A stretch of DNA of 64,000 bases from Bdellovibrionales bacterium (GCA_050246815.1 JBFWVI010000006.1:35420-99419); one strand, 5' to 3'; shown: positions 1 through 10,716, numbered from the stretch's first letter. Translations and numbers: made by a program. Notes: generated by a model from the letters alone, not told the origin.

Positions 1-593
1 ACTTCAATCCCGCTTTGGGTCAGCATCAGGGCAAATCCATTTTTCTGGGTGTAAGAGATTTCGGCCACACGTTCGCGCGCCAGAGGACCACTTTCGGGCA
101 AAGCCCCAAGAAGCGCAATCGCCTGTTCACGTAGGCTTAAATCATTCTTAAAGACCTTGCCACGCAACAAGGGCATGTCGCGCACTTCATTCAAAGGCAG
201 GGCGGGCAAAAGACTGGCATCTGTCGCCACCGGAAATAGCCGGCCAACTTCATCCGCCCAGGCCATCACCGGCTGCTGAGGCTCGATAACCACGCGCAGG
301 CGATTGGGAAAAACCCGGTCCACACGAGCCGAACGCACGCGGCGATCGGCCTGCACCTTTTGCAGAACCTCGGACAGCCGAGCCTGCCACAGCCATTTGC
401 CCTGATAGTTTTTCAACTCTTTTTGCAAAGATGTTTGAATGCGGGCAAAAAGTTGCGGCTGGTCCGAACCGTCAGCCATCGACATTTCCACCGGAGCCAA
501 CCTACCCCATCCAGCTTCGGCACCCAAATAAAGTGCGCCGGACAAGCAGGCGGTCAAACTAAGAATGATGGCAAGCCTAACGTACGCCTTCAT
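1..593 (-). CDS. ftsQ: Cell division protein FtsQ, N-terminal part (gene continues past the left edge)
   Basis: Not in the ORF track because there is no stop in the window. My translation from ATG 593-591 gives MKAYVRLAIILSLTACLSGALYLG (single TM), then POTRA-like VRSARVDRVFPNRLRVVIEPQQPV. It overlaps the ddl stop by 17 nt and sits in the canonical position after ddl. Confidence 0.75.
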   Translation of the reverse strand, partial: MKAYVRLAIILSLTACLSGALYLGAEAGWGRLAPVEMSMADGSDQPQLFARIQTSLQKELKNYQGKWLWQARLSEVLQKVQADRRVRSARVDRVFPNRLRVVIEPQQPVMAWADEVGRLFPVATDASLLPALPLNEVRDMPLLRGKVFKNDLSLREQAIALLGALPESGPLARERVAEISYTQKNGFALMLTQSGIE

Positions 594-1536
594 AATCCAA
601 ACTGGCCTTTTCGACCAAGGTGCGAATCAGTTGAGTGAACGAGATCCCGTCGTAAGCCGCCGCCTTGGGTAACAGCGACGTCGGTGTGCAACCGGGCAGC
701 GTGTTGAGCTCTAAAATGTACGGCGAGCCATCTTTGGCTAAACGAAAATCAACGCGACTGTAGACCCGGCACTGCAAGGCTTGGTGTGCGCGCAAGGCCA
801 AGTCTTGGCATTTTTTAATGATGGCGGCATCCACTCGCGGCGGCAAAATGTAATCGGTGTTGCCGGCGGTGTACTTGTTTTTGTAATCATAGAAGCCCTG
901 TTTGGGGCTGATTTCGATTGGCGTCAACGCCCGGCCATCAAAAACCGCCACGGTCATTTCGGCACCGGGGATAAATTCTTCGATCAGGACTTCTTGATCA
1001 TACTGCAAAGCCAGCTTCAAAGCCGCCGGCAGTTCAGCAGACGTTTTGACAATGGAAATTCCCACCGTCGATCCTTCACGGGAGGGCTTGACCACAATTG
1101 GCCAACCCAAGTTCGGCGAAAATTTTTCGACTGCAACTGACGACTTGCCATCACGCGAATCCGCAGCTGAATCGGCAAAAAACATTTCAAAGCGCGGCGT
1201 AGGCAAATCATGAAAGCGCAGAATCTGTTTGGAGTAATATTTGTTCATGCAAAGTGCGGACGCCATGACGCCACTGCCACTGTACGGAATTTTCAAGTAT
1301 TCGCAAAGCCCTTGAACGGTGCCGTCCTCTCCGTATTTACCATGCAATGCAAGTAACGCCACATCCGGCTTCATGGCTAGTAACCGAGCGGGCAAATCAG
1401 GGCCAGCTTCGATCACTTCGTGGCTCATTTTCAATTCATCTAGGGCCTTGGCAAAAGCTTTGCCAGTCACCAGACTAACGTCTCGCTCAGCACCCATTCC
1501 ACCCATGATTAAGGCGATTTTTTTAGCCATCTGCAC
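577..1536 (-). CDS. ddl: D-alanine--D-alanine ligase
   Basis: 319 aa ATP-grasp protein. Motifs HGKYGEDGTVQGLCEYLKIPYSGSG and ILELNTLPG. dcw context. Confidence 0.95.
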   Translation of the reverse strand: MQMAKKIALIMGGMGAERDVSLVTGKAFAKALDELKMSHEVIEAGPDLPARLLAMKPDVALLALHGKYGEDGTVQGLCEYLKIPYSGSGVMASALCMNKYYSKQILRFHDLPTPRFEMFFADSAADSRDGKSSVAVEKFSPNLGWPIVVKPSREGSTVGISIVKTSAELPAALKLALQYDQEVLIEEFIPGAEMTVAVFDGRALTPIEISPKQGFYDYKNKYTAGNTDYILPPRVDAAIIKKCQDLALRAHQALQCRVYSRVDFRLAKDGSPYILELNTLPGCTPTSLLPKAAAYDGISFTQLIRTLVEKASLDYEGVR

Positions 1537-1862
1537 GCACTCCCGCTCTGAAATTCAAGTGTAGCGCGCTGGTGATAGAGTGGCCAATGGAATCTGTTCC
1601 CGTTAGCAGAGCCTTCTCAGCCAGACCTGAAACTCGAAAAGCTTTCGCTGACGGGCCGTGGCACCGTGTTCTTGCTCAAGCAAGTTCGCCCGAAAATATT
1701 GCCGCAACTGCAAAACCTCAAAAGAAGTGCGCTAAATTCGCGTGAACGCCGCCAATCCGACGTACACGAACACCACTTGTCCCTCTCGCCATCAAAAACA
1801 CTTTTGCGCTTCACGCTGACTGCATTTCACTTGGGGCCACCGCCCAAACCAAAGCCCGGTGA

Positions 1863-2771
1863 TTACCAGCGCCCTAAAAACTTAACTTCTGGAATCAATT
1901 CGACGCCGTGCTTTTCTTTGACCGTTTGTTGAACGTGGCGAAGAACCGCCATCACGTCTGTTGCGGAGGCTCCGCCGCGGTTGATGATAAAATTAGCATG
2001 TTTTTGAGAAACTTCGGCCGCGCCGATTATAAAACCTTTCAATCCAGCCTGTTCGATCAGCGCGCCGGCTTTGCCACTGGGCGGGTTACGAAAAGTCGAC
2101 CCACCGCTGGGCCAATCCAAGGGTTGGCTTTGCAAACGCTTGCGGGTCGCCAGTCGCACTTGATTCATCACATCGGGATTGGGGTGGTGGGGCCAACTCA
2201 TGCCCACCCGCACGATCACTCCCGGCTGCCAGCCTGCGCTGTGGCGATATTGCCACTCTAGATCGCTCTTTTTAAAACGCAAAACTTCCACTTCGGCGGG
2301 AGTAGTTTGGGTCTTGATCCGCGCGACCTCCACCCAGTCCACAATGTCGACAAATTCGCGTGGAACAATGGCCTCACCCACACCGGCGTTCATCACCACC
2401 CCACCTGCAACATCGCCTGGAAGTCCGCATAAAAAAAGGGCCGGCGCCAATTTGTGCTGCAGAAAAATTTTTGTCAGCTCCGCTTTGTTGGTCCCCGCCA
2501 GGGCGGCCAGATGCAAGCGGTCGTCGCTCATTGTGACTTCGACCCCACTCATCTCACGAGTCAAAATCACAAGTCCCTGAACGCCCTGGTCGCTGATCAA
2601 AACATTTGAAGCACCACCCAAAACCGTGACCGGTACGTTGTTGTCTGCCGCCCACAGCAAAGCTTCCTTCAAATCCTCTACGGATTTTGGCCGCGCAAGA
2701 TATTCGGCGGGGCCACCGACTTTCCACCAAGCCAGTGGGGCAAGTGCGACATTTTGCTCAATCTGAATCAT
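1863..2771 (-). CDS. murB: UDP-N-acetylenolpyruvoylglucosamine reductase
   Basis: 302 aa. FAD-binding region WWKVGGPAEY and LGGASNVLISD; C-terminal GSTFRNP. dcw context. Confidence 0.95.
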   Translation of the reverse strand: MIQIEQNVALAPLAWWKVGGPAEYLARPKSVEDLKEALLWAADNNVPVTVLGGASNVLISDQGVQGLVILTREMSGVEVTMSDDRLHLAALAGTNKAELTKIFLQHKLAPALFLCGLPGDVAGGVVMNAGVGEAIVPREFVDIVDWVEVARIKTQTTPAEVEVLRFKKSDLEWQYRHSAGWQPGVIVRVGMSWPHHPNPDVMNQVRLATRKRLQSQPLDWPSGGSTFRNPPSGKAGALIEQAGLKGFIIGAAEVSQKHANFIINRGGASATDVMAVLRHVQQTVKEKHGVELIPEVKFLGRW

Positions 2772-2794
2772 AAGTCCCCAATTTACGACAGGCT

Positions 2795-4174
2795 CTAAGA
2801 CTTGGCCAATTTGTCCATTAACCGCTCGCCCAACTTCACCACATCACCGGCGCCCAAGGTCACGACCACATCGCCCTCTTGCAGAAAAGTCGCCACCTGG
2901 TTCAACTCAGGGTCTTCTTGACGCGAAATGTATTGGCAATGAGTGTGGTCCATTTCACTGGCCAGGCGGACACTCGTGATGTCTTGGATTGGTTTTTCAC
3001 CTGCGGGGTAGATGTCTAATAAAAAAAGCTGATCCGCACGCTTAAAGCACGTGCGAAACTGCTCCCAGCAGATTTGGGTGCGACTATAGCGGTGGGGCTG
3101 AAAGATCACCACCACTCGCTGCTCGGGAAAACGTTCTTTAAAGCCTGAAAGCACGGCCTCAACTTCGGTGGGGTGGTGACCATAATCATCGTAAAATTCA
3201 ATGCCACGAATCTTGGCTTTATGCTGAAACCGTCGATCAACACCCTTGAATTGCGCGACTCCGGCGCAGGCCACAGACATTTCAAGGCCTGCGGCTCGTG
3301 ACGCCAGAATAGCCGCGCACGCATTCAAGGCATTATGCCTTCCCGGCAGGGGCAATTCAAATTGGCCGATGACCGCCCCAATTTCCCACATCTGATAACG
3401 ACCAGGACCTGCGGGGTCCACCTTCAAAACCACGTCATTGTCGGACTTTTCACCATAAAAAATGATTTTCTTCGGAAAATCCCGAAACAGTGTTTTGGTT
3501 TTGGCGTCGTCACCGCAGACAATCGCAGCACCATAGAATGGAATTTGTTGGGCAAAATCGACAAAGGCCTCTTGCAGGCGCTTAAAATCGCCGTAGTGAT
3601 CTAAATGATCGTTGTCTATGTTGGTGATAATCACCACTTCCGGCGCCAAACGCAAAAAACTACCATCGCTTTCATCGGCCTCGGCGATCAACCAATCGCC
3701 CTGCCCCAATTGGGCTGTGGATTTGATGACATCAAGACGCCCGCCCACCACAATGGTCGGATCTTGTTGCGCAGCCAAAAAAATCGAAGCGGTCAAACTG
3801 GTGGTGGTGGTTTTACCATGAGTGCCAGCCACTGCGATTCCACGCTTCAAGCGCATGATCTCAGCCAAAGCTTCAGCACGACGAATCAGGGGCACCTGCC
3901 GCTTTCTGGCTTCCACGTACTCAGCATTGTCAGGCTTCACCGCACTTGAATACACTACCACTTCGGCCAAAGCCAGATTGTCGGCATGATGCCCTTTGTA
4001 GACCGGGATTCCCAAACTTTCCAAACGCTGAGTTTGCAGATTTTCACCCACATCGCTGCCGGTGACCGAGGCCCCCATATTGTGCAGCAGTTCCGCCAAA
4101 CCGCACATGCCAATGCCGCCGATACCGATAAAGTGGACTTTGGCTTGAGCTAAACGAAAATTCGCTTGTGTCAT
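2795..4174 (-). CDS. murC: UDP-N-acetylmuramate--L-alanine ligase
   Basis: 459 aa. GIGGIGMCGLAELL and Mur ligase P-loop AGTHGKTTTTS. 4-nt overlap with murG. Confidence 0.95.
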   Translation of the reverse strand: MTQANFRLAQAKVHFIGIGGIGMCGLAELLHNMGASVTGSDVGENLQTQRLESLGIPVYKGHHADNLALAEVVVYSSAVKPDNAEYVEARKRQVPLIRRAEALAEIMRLKRGIAVAGTHGKTTTTSLTASIFLAAQQDPTIVVGGRLDVIKSTAQLGQGDWLIAEADESDGSFLRLAPEVVIITNIDNDHLDHYGDFKRLQEAFVDFAQQIPFYGAAIVCGDDAKTKTLFRDFPKKIIFYGEKSDNDVVLKVDPAGPGRYQMWEIGAVIGQFELPLPGRHNALNACAAILASRAAGLEMSVACAGVAQFKGVDRRFQHKAKIRGIEFYDDYGHHPTEVEAVLSGFKERFPEQRVVVIFQPHRYSRTQICWEQFRTCFKRADQLFLLDIYPAGEKPIQDITSVRLASEMDHTHCQYISRQEDPELNQVATFLQEGDVVVTLGAGDVVKLGERLMDKLAKS

Positions 4175-5271
4175 GAACGAACCGCCTCCAACAGGTGCTG
4201 CGCGATCTCTTGATCGGCATGCGGCCGATGGAATTGTCGAATATTTACCGACAGCCGGTCAATGATTTGTCGGTCTGTTTTAAAGCGGACAATCAGTTGC
4301 TCAAAACGATCTGGAGTGAAATCCCGCTGCAACACCATCAGCGCGGCCTCTTTGTGCAACAGAGCTTCCGCATTGCGCTGCTGGTGATTGTCCGCCGCCG
4401 TCGGCAAAGGGATCAACACGGCGGCCTTGCCGCAGGCCGCAAGCTCGGACACAGTTCCCGTGCCCGAGCGCGCAATGATCACGTCAGCCCACGCGTAACG
4501 ACGATCCATGTCGTGCAAATACTCTTTCACTTCCACTTTGGCTTGGCTTTCTCGGTACAAAGCGGCAACTCGCTCATAATCTGCGGGTCCGGTTTGATGG
4601 ACAAACTCCACGTTCTCAAGCCAAGCGCCTCCATGGGCAATGGTGGTGGCCACCACTTGGTTGATGGCCCGCGCGCCCTGGCTTCCACCAAAAATTAAAA
4701 CCCGCAAAGCGGCTGGAGCGGCCGAAGTCGGTGTGGGACTTTGCCCGACGGCCTCAATGGCAGCGCGAACCGGCATGCCGACCTTAAAGATTCGTTTCGA
4801 GTTCAAGCCCTTGGCCGCTTCGTCGAAAACCACCAAACATTCGGCTACAAAAGGCGCCAGCCAACGATTGGCCATACCAGGATGGGCATTGGGCTCCCAC
4901 AAAAATGATTGACGACGCAAAAGTGCTGCCGCCAAGACCACCGGGCCAGTTACATATCCACCCACACCCAAAACCAAAACAGGCTTCATGCGAAACACCA
5001 GCCAGGCTGCGCGTAAAAGTCCCCACGGCAAAAGCAAAAGGGTTTTGAAACGCTCACCAAATCGGGTGTTGCGATTGAGTTTGCCCACGGGCACATGATG
5101 CAAAATAAAACCGTCTCGTGGGACCAATTGATTTTCTAAACCCGTGCGTGTTCCCACAAACTCGACGCGCAGGCCTGGGCGCTGGGCAATCAGCGCGTGG
5201 GCGATGGCCAGGGCCGGATAAATGTGTCCCCCAGTTCCGCCCGCGGCAATCAAGACGACCTGTGATCTCAC
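4171..5271 (-). CDS. murG: Undecaprenyldiphospho-muramoylpentapeptide beta-N-acetylglucosaminyltransferase
   Basis: 366 aa. AAGGTGGHIYPALAIA and FGGSQGA. GTG start overlapping the ftsW stop. Confidence 0.95.
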   Translation of the reverse strand: MRSQVVLIAAGGTGGHIYPALAIAHALIAQRPGLRVEFVGTRTGLENQLVPRDGFILHHVPVGKLNRNTRFGERFKTLLLLPWGLLRAAWLVFRMKPVLVLGVGGYVTGPVVLAAALLRRQSFLWEPNAHPGMANRWLAPFVAECLVVFDEAAKGLNSKRIFKVGMPVRAAIEAVGQSPTPTSAAPAALRVLIFGGSQGARAINQVVATTIAHGGAWLENVEFVHQTGPADYERVAALYRESQAKVEVKEYLHDMDRRYAWADVIIARSGTGTVSELAACGKAAVLIPLPTAADNHQQRNAEALLHKEAALMVLQRDFTPDRFEQLIVRFKTDRQIIDRLSVNIRQFHRPHADQEIAQHLLEAVRS

Positions 5272-6485
5272 CAGCGCTTTGCCTCTCGAGTTTTTACTTC
5301 GGCCCGCGCATCACGACGGCCACGCAAGCTGGCGCGCTGCAGATGCCGCTCTAAACTCAAAAGCCAGCCGCAGGCCAAACCCGTACAAAGCAGTGAGCTG
5401 CCGCCGTAACTTAAAAAGGGCAAGGTCAAACCTTTGGTGGGCAGCATTCCCGTCACTACACCCACGTTGACAAAAACTGAAAGTGCCAAGGTCATGGTGA
5501 TGCCGGTGGCAATCAATCGATCACGATCGTTTTCGGCCCGCATGGCAATTTGCAGGCCGCGAAACACCAAAAATCCATAGATCAACAGCACCAACACGAA
5601 GCCTCCGTAACCGGCCTCCTCACCCAACACAGCCAAGGTGAAATCCGTATGGGCCTCAGGCAAGAAAAAGAGTTTGCCTTGGCCATGGCCAAGTCCCACC
5701 CCAGAAAGCCCCCCTGAATAAAAGCTCAGCATGCTTTGGATCACTTGAAAGCCCTTTTCTGTCGGGTCAGCCCACGGGTCTATAAAGGCCTGAATTCGGG
5801 CCATTCGATAAGGAACATTGATAATCAAAAAATAGGCGCTGACGGCCAGACTTCCCACACCTAACGCCACATAACGCCAGCGCAGTCCATTGATAAAAAC
5901 CAACATCATCGCCACCGAAGCACAAATCGCAAAGCTGCCGAAGTCCGGCTGCTGCAACATCAACAGCATGGGCGTGCCAAGCAACAAGGTTCTTAGCGGC
6001 CACTCCCAAATGCCAAAACGCCGCTTGTGATTGGTCAAGGCCCAGGCCATTAAAAATGGATACGTGACTCGCAACAGTTCGGCGGGTTCAAAGCGCTGCC
6101 CGAAGGGCAACTGAATCCAGCGATGCGCACCGCCTGCGCGAATGGCAACGCTTGGAACAAAGGTGGCCGCCACACCAAGCAAGGCCAACACCCAAAAAAT
6201 CATCGCCATACGCTGAGCCCAAACCCAAGGAAGACGCATCGTCCAAAACAACACGCCCATGGTGGCAACGGCAAAAAACAATTGTTTGCGAAAGAAGAAC
6301 AACCCGTCGTCATAGGTCTCAATGGCGTACATGTAACTTGAACTATAGACCTGCACCAGGCCAAGGCCGATCAAAAATAAAACTGCCACCAAAAGGCTTT
6401 TATCGAAGTTGCGATCCATAAGAAGTAAAAACATATTAACATAGGCGGATGGCGGCCCGAAGCGGGATTGTGTGGCTTTCTGCAC
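5268..6485 (-). CDS. ftsW: SEDS-family peptidoglycan glycosyltransferase FtsW
   Basis: 405 aa polytopic membrane protein. LPEAHTDFTLAVLGEEAGYGG and PTKGLTLPFLSYGGSS. GTG start 16 nt after the stop of the upstream giant lipoprotein gene. Confidence 0.9.
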   Translation of the reverse strand: MQKATQSRFGPPSAYVNMFLLLMDRNFDKSLLVAVLFLIGLGLVQVYSSSYMYAIETYDDGLFFFRKQLFFAVATMGVLFWTMRLPWVWAQRMAMIFWVLALLGVAATFVPSVAIRAGGAHRWIQLPFGQRFEPAELLRVTYPFLMAWALTNHKRRFGIWEWPLRTLLLGTPMLLMLQQPDFGSFAICASVAMMLVFINGLRWRYVALGVGSLAVSAYFLIINVPYRMARIQAFIDPWADPTEKGFQVIQSMLSFYSGGLSGVGLGHGQGKLFFLPEAHTDFTLAVLGEEAGYGGFVLVLLIYGFLVFRGLQIAMRAENDRDRLIATGITMTLALSVFVNVGVVTGMLPTKGLTLPFLSYGGSSLLCTGLACGWLLSLERHLQRASLRGRRDARAEVKTREAKRW

Positions 6486-6501
6486 CCCGACTTTGGGCGG
6501 G

Positions 6502-9500
6502 CTAGCGAGCCAAACGGAATTCGTCGCAGCCTTGATTGGTGAAACAATAATCGGTCGAACGGTGGAAGATGTTCACCTGTCGATTCAGATCCGTCAATAA
6601 AGAGGGCGTGATCAAGGTCCTTACACGCTCTTCTATGCTGATATCCATAAAGGGACGCTGTCCTTCAGGCAAACGCTCCACGCGACTTAAGTGATCCGAA
6701 AGTTTTCTTTCAAAATTACCCATTCGGCCAATCTCGTCTTGGATAAAACCAGTGACGGCTTTGTCCATAGTCTGGTCCAAAATGGGCGAAATCGGGATCA
6801 AAAACAAACGCCGTGCCTCTTGTCCCCGAATTTGCTTGTACAGTTGGCCCAAACGCAAATAGCTAAAGTGCTTATACCCCTCCATGCGCGCAAAAGCCGC
6901 CATGAAAGTGTCTTTTCCGGACATCCCGGCTAGCTCTTGCAAAACTGAATCCGCCCCCAAAAGCGGTTTGCTTGCGTAGCGAATAGGCAAATCGTAAAGG
7001 CCCCAAACACTTATTAGCTGCTCATTGATAATGTCGTAATCCACCATTTTGCGTGACAACATGATGTTATCGATTTTGTGGGGCAGCCCCGCCATCTTCA
7101 TCAAACGCCGTTCTTCGCCGTCAATTCGCATGCCCACCAACATCTGCTCATGTATGTGAATAATTTCTTGCGCCGACACCAACTCTTTCTCAGAAGCACA
7201 ATTCATCGGCGGGCGACAAACATCCTCGATCACTTTTTGATCGCCCAAACGATACAAAATGGTGGCCGCATGCAGCCGACTTTCAGCATTGGTTAAACGC
7301 GAAGAACCCATGGTGTGCCAGGCCAAAATGTTGCCGTAGTTGATCAAGTTGATCATACCTTGCGCGACAAACTCGTCTTCATTTTCCAAGAAGGGCAAAA
7401 ACGGCCGCTCTGTTTTATCCAGACTGCCGACCAATTCGTTCTCGATATTCAATTGCCCACCGTAATTGACAATCATGCGCGGCGCGATCGGCGGCAAAGT
7501 TTTGCCGGCTAAAGTCGTGCCTTTTGTCAGGTTTTGGGCGATGCGCAAAAGCACATCGACCTGATTGTAGCGATAACCGCCCTTTGAAAATTCATCCAAG
7601 CCCGTAAAGCCGCTGGGAAGCCCTTTAAAACCGTACTCTTGCTTTAGCTGTGCTTGAGTCACTTCGCCCGCGCGCAAACGCTTAAGCTCTTTGTGGACCT
7701 GCCTCAGATAGGCCTCTTCTCTTAACAGCAGTTCCACGCGAACCTTTTCATCCGCGTGATAAAGATTCATGTAACAGTGCCCAACAGTCCGGAAAGTGCC
7801 TAGTCCCAAACGGAAAAAGTTGACTCGCAGATTATGAAGCTTGTCTAAAACGGCTTTCGAACGTTTAAGTCTTTGGTCAATTCCTGTTGCTCCCGAACGT
7901 TCAAGATATTGCTGATATGACGAAACCAACCCATCCAGCCAGCGCTGCACATTGCCTAAATCCAAACGGACTTCTTCGGCAATTGTGTTAAAACCATTGT
8001 CATCAAACAACATCAGACTTTGAATATGCTTTTCAACATCGCCTTCCTTTTTCGATTTGGTGCTATCCTGACTTTTTGAAGAGACCGCCTCAAAAATTGA
8101 GCCCTGCAGCCCTCCGTACAAGGGACTCAGCCGTAGATCACGCAGATTGACCGTTGTGCTGATCGAGCCGCCATCCACCTGTGAACAAAGGCGCTTGAAC
8201 TGGTAAAAGTGCGGCCCCGCCGTCCTTTGCACCAGCAGCAGACGATACTTATTCACCTCATAAGTGCTACGCGACAAAAGCTTTTCCGCGATTTCGGCGA
8301 CAAATTCATCGGGATTGACCTTAAATTTCTCAAAAACACCTGTGCGCAGAGCAAAATCAAAAGAATAGAGAAGCTCAACAAAACTAAGTGCGGAACGATC
8401 CAACGAGTAATTGAACCAAGCTTTATACTGCCCCAAAAAAAGCTTTTCGATCAGGTTCGAAGAATCGATTTCGAGGGTGTACCAACCACGATCGATGGTG
8501 GCCTTGCCATTGCGCTTTGCCAGGTAATAGGTCAAGGCCATCATTTGCGGAAAGACAGCCATAAACTTGATGTTTTTATGTACCCCACCAAAGTATTGAC
8601 GAGTCTGATCCGCCAGTGCTTCAGACCCGCGCTGCTGTCGAATCAATTTGACGGTCAAATTCAGCAAAGAGGTCAGCCGCGAAGTGAAGCCATCCCAGAT
8701 CGGCTGAGCTTCATTGGCCGCCCATATCGCGTGAAAGAAAAAATTTGGACCTGCCACATCTTGCTTAAAGAATTGCTTTTGTGCCAAATCGTTCGAAGCC
8801 GCCAAAGCTTCCAAGAAACGCAATAAATAAATTTGTCTGGCCTTTTGGGCGACGACTTGTGGGCTGATATCGTTTGCCGCAATCAATTGCAAAGCTTGAT
8901 TGTTAGTCAACTGCCCCAAAAACGCCTGATCAAGCAACTGCAGGGTCAAATCCCACTCACGGATGGGCTGTACTCCAAGCTGGTCCAACATGGAATGATG
9001 TTCTTTTTGCAGACGATTTTGCACCTCACGTAAACTATTCCCGCTGGCAAAATACTGGGCAACACGTTCTTGGCTTTGCTCTGTCGTTCCGACTTTAGAA
9101 AGTCCACCGACTTTCGCCAAGACACCAATCAAAGCATCTGAACTGTAGCCCAAATCATCCATCCGTTTACGGCTGGTTTCATTGAGCAAATCCAAGTGCT
9201 GCACGACAGCCTGCAATTCTGCTTTATTACCACGACGAATCAACTGCTGGGTCAAGGTGGTCAGCATATGCGAAAAATCCCGCGCCTTTTGTTCATCTTG
9301 CATAAGCAAAATTTCAAGATACTTTTGCGCCGGTTTGAGCATTAAAGTGGCCAGCTCAGAATCATAAAGGCTGCCCTTTAGGGTGTAGGCCAATTGCAAC
9401 AAACGATAATAGCGGGGCAGATCATCTTGGTGACGCAAGGCCAGCTGCTGTGCCACAAATGCAGAATTTTTGGCCAAATTAAAAAAAGTCAGATGCTGGC

Positions 9501-9870
9501 AGCGGCTCATTGTTTCACCGCAGCCATAGGTCAGCATGATTTCATAATGTTCCAAAATTTTAACTGTCGCGGGGTCAACCGTTTTTGAACGCGCCGCCTT
9601 CAGAATTTCTTCATTTAAGCGCCACAATTTTTGCTGCGTTTGCGGTTGACCCAACACTTTGGGTGACTGAATCACTTCCGCGCGCAACAGCTCTTGGGTT
9701 AGACTTTGTAAGCTGAGCGCTTCAATGTCAGTCGTGACCTCTGCGGCACGGCTTTCCGCAGGAACCAACGCCGTCGCCGCGGCAGGTTCATGCCTGCGCA
9801 CAGGCTTGCCGCGCTCGACACAGCCGATTAAAAGGCCAAATAAAATGATGAAGCTCAACGTGCGACGCAT
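6502..9870 (-). CDS. Giant (1122 aa) predicted lipoprotein, unknown family; paralogue of 10717-14292
   Basis: Long uninterrupted ORF. Lipobox signal MRRTLSFIILFGLLIGC. Leu/Glu/Lys/Arg-rich, so probably largely helical (composition-based guess). Several blocks align to the 1191-aa neighbour. Confidence 0.8.
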   Translation of the reverse strand: MRRTLSFIILFGLLIGCVERGKPVRRHEPAAATALVPAESRAAEVTTDIEALSLQSLTQELLRAEVIQSPKVLGQPQTQQKLWRLNEEILKAARSKTVDPATVKILEHYEIMLTYGCGETMSRCQHLTFFNLAKNSAFVAQQLALRHQDDLPRYYRLLQLAYTLKGSLYDSELATLMLKPAQKYLEILLMQDEQKARDFSHMLTTLTQQLIRRGNKAELQAVVQHLDLLNETSRKRMDDLGYSSDALIGVLAKVGGLSKVGTTEQSQERVAQYFASGNSLREVQNRLQKEHHSMLDQLGVQPIREWDLTLQLLDQAFLGQLTNNQALQLIAANDISPQVVAQKARQIYLLRFLEALAASNDLAQKQFFKQDVAGPNFFFHAIWAANEAQPIWDGFTSRLTSLLNLTVKLIRQQRGSEALADQTRQYFGGVHKNIKFMAVFPQMMALTYYLAKRNGKATIDRGWYTLEIDSSNLIEKLFLGQYKAWFNYSLDRSALSFVELLYSFDFALRTGVFEKFKVNPDEFVAEIAEKLLSRSTYEVNKYRLLLVQRTAGPHFYQFKRLCSQVDGGSISTTVNLRDLRLSPLYGGLQGSIFEAVSSKSQDSTKSKKEGDVEKHIQSLMLFDDNGFNTIAEEVRLDLGNVQRWLDGLVSSYQQYLERSGATGIDQRLKRSKAVLDKLHNLRVNFFRLGLGTFRTVGHCYMNLYHADEKVRVELLLREEAYLRQVHKELKRLRAGEVTQAQLKQEYGFKGLPSGFTGLDEFSKGGYRYNQVDVLLRIAQNLTKGTTLAGKTLPPIAPRMIVNYGGQLNIENELVGSLDKTERPFLPFLENEDEFVAQGMINLINYGNILAWHTMGSSRLTNAESRLHAATILYRLGDQKVIEDVCRPPMNCASEKELVSAQEIIHIHEQMLVGMRIDGEERRLMKMAGLPHKIDNIMLSRKMVDYDIINEQLISVWGLYDLPIRYASKPLLGADSVLQELAGMSGKDTFMAAFARMEGYKHFSYLRLGQLYKQIRGQEARRLFLIPISPILDQTMDKAVTGFIQDEIGRMGNFERKLSDHLSRVERLPEGQRPFMDISIEERVRTLITPSLLTDLNRQVNIFHRSTDYCFTNQGCDEFRLAR

Positions 9871-9879
9871 GCTCTTCCT

Positions 9880-10713
9880 TTAAAACTGGTAAGCCGCCGA
9901 AAATGAAACGATTCGGCGGTACTGATCGATGTACCACAGCGAAACCCGTCCATCTTCGGTGTAGCCACCATTGCCGGTGGATAAACTCATGCTCCATGCT
10001 TCGCCCAAAACACTTAGGCTGGCGGTGTTGGAGTACGAGTAATCCCAAAAACCATCCAAATAGCGGGTTTGTTTTAAACCAAAACCCGCGCTCAAACTAA
10101 AATGCGAACCCAACTTCAAAGTATTGCCCCAGCTGTAGGTAACTGAGGTTCCCGGATTTGCGGCGCCACCGCTCGAATAATCATAGCTGTTCAACAACTC
10201 CGACAACGCCAGCGAGTGAGTCATCGAAAAACGATCGTCGAAAAAATTCCAAGTGCCGCCGCCGCTCATCGACAACAATCCAAGATAACCTCCGCGGCGA
10301 CTGGCGGTGTCCATCAATGCCGTGCCGCCAGCGTTGATAAACCAAGGGCTAAAATCACCGGGATTGTAACTCAAGTTCAAACTCGGGTTGACACCGGTCG
10401 ACTCCAAAGCGGAGTCTTCTTGCTTTTTGTCAATCTGCCCATCGACGGTTGTGAAGTTCGCCGATAAACCCATGGACAAGTTCCATCTGGGGTTGATCAC
10501 ATAACCAATATCCACGCTTAAGCCCTGATAATAAAGGCGAGGCATCGATCGGTCCGCCAAATCCGTCGAAACACCATAGCTTGTGCCAAACGACCAAGAA
10601 CTGACCTTGGGTGCGTCCACCTTGACCACAGACTTGGGTGTTTTAGCAGATGCGGCCAACGCGTTGGCCTGCAAGCCGCCGATCAGAATAAGAATTAGCA
10701 CACGGGCATTCAT
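9880..10713 (-). CDS. Small outer-membrane beta-barrel protein (predicted)
   Basis: 277 aa. Signal peptide MNARVLILILIGGLQANALA. Alternating hydrophobic/polar strands rich in G/S/Y/N. C-terminal ...SFSAAYQF with terminal Phe. 3-nt and 9-nt gaps to its neighbours. Confidence 0.7.
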   Translation of the reverse strand: MNARVLILILIGGLQANALAASAKTPKSVVKVDAPKVSSWSFGTSYGVSTDLADRSMPRLYYQGLSVDIGYVINPRWNLSMGLSANFTTVDGQIDKKQEDSALESTGVNPSLNLSYNPGDFSPWFINAGGTALMDTASRRGGYLGLLSMSGGGTWNFFDDRFSMTHSLALSELLNSYDYSSGGAANPGTSVTYSWGNTLKLGSHFSLSAGFGLKQTRYLDGFWDYSYSNTASLSVLGEAWSMSLSTGNGGYTEDGRVSLWYIDQYRRIVSFSAAYQF

Positions 10714-10716
10714 GGT

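Noticed and set aside
1617-1932. Two short ORFs (65 aa minus, 88 aa plus) in the murB-ddl gap
   Set aside because: Cys/Arg/Ser/Pro-rich translations with no SD and no recognisable features. I treat the region as non-coding.
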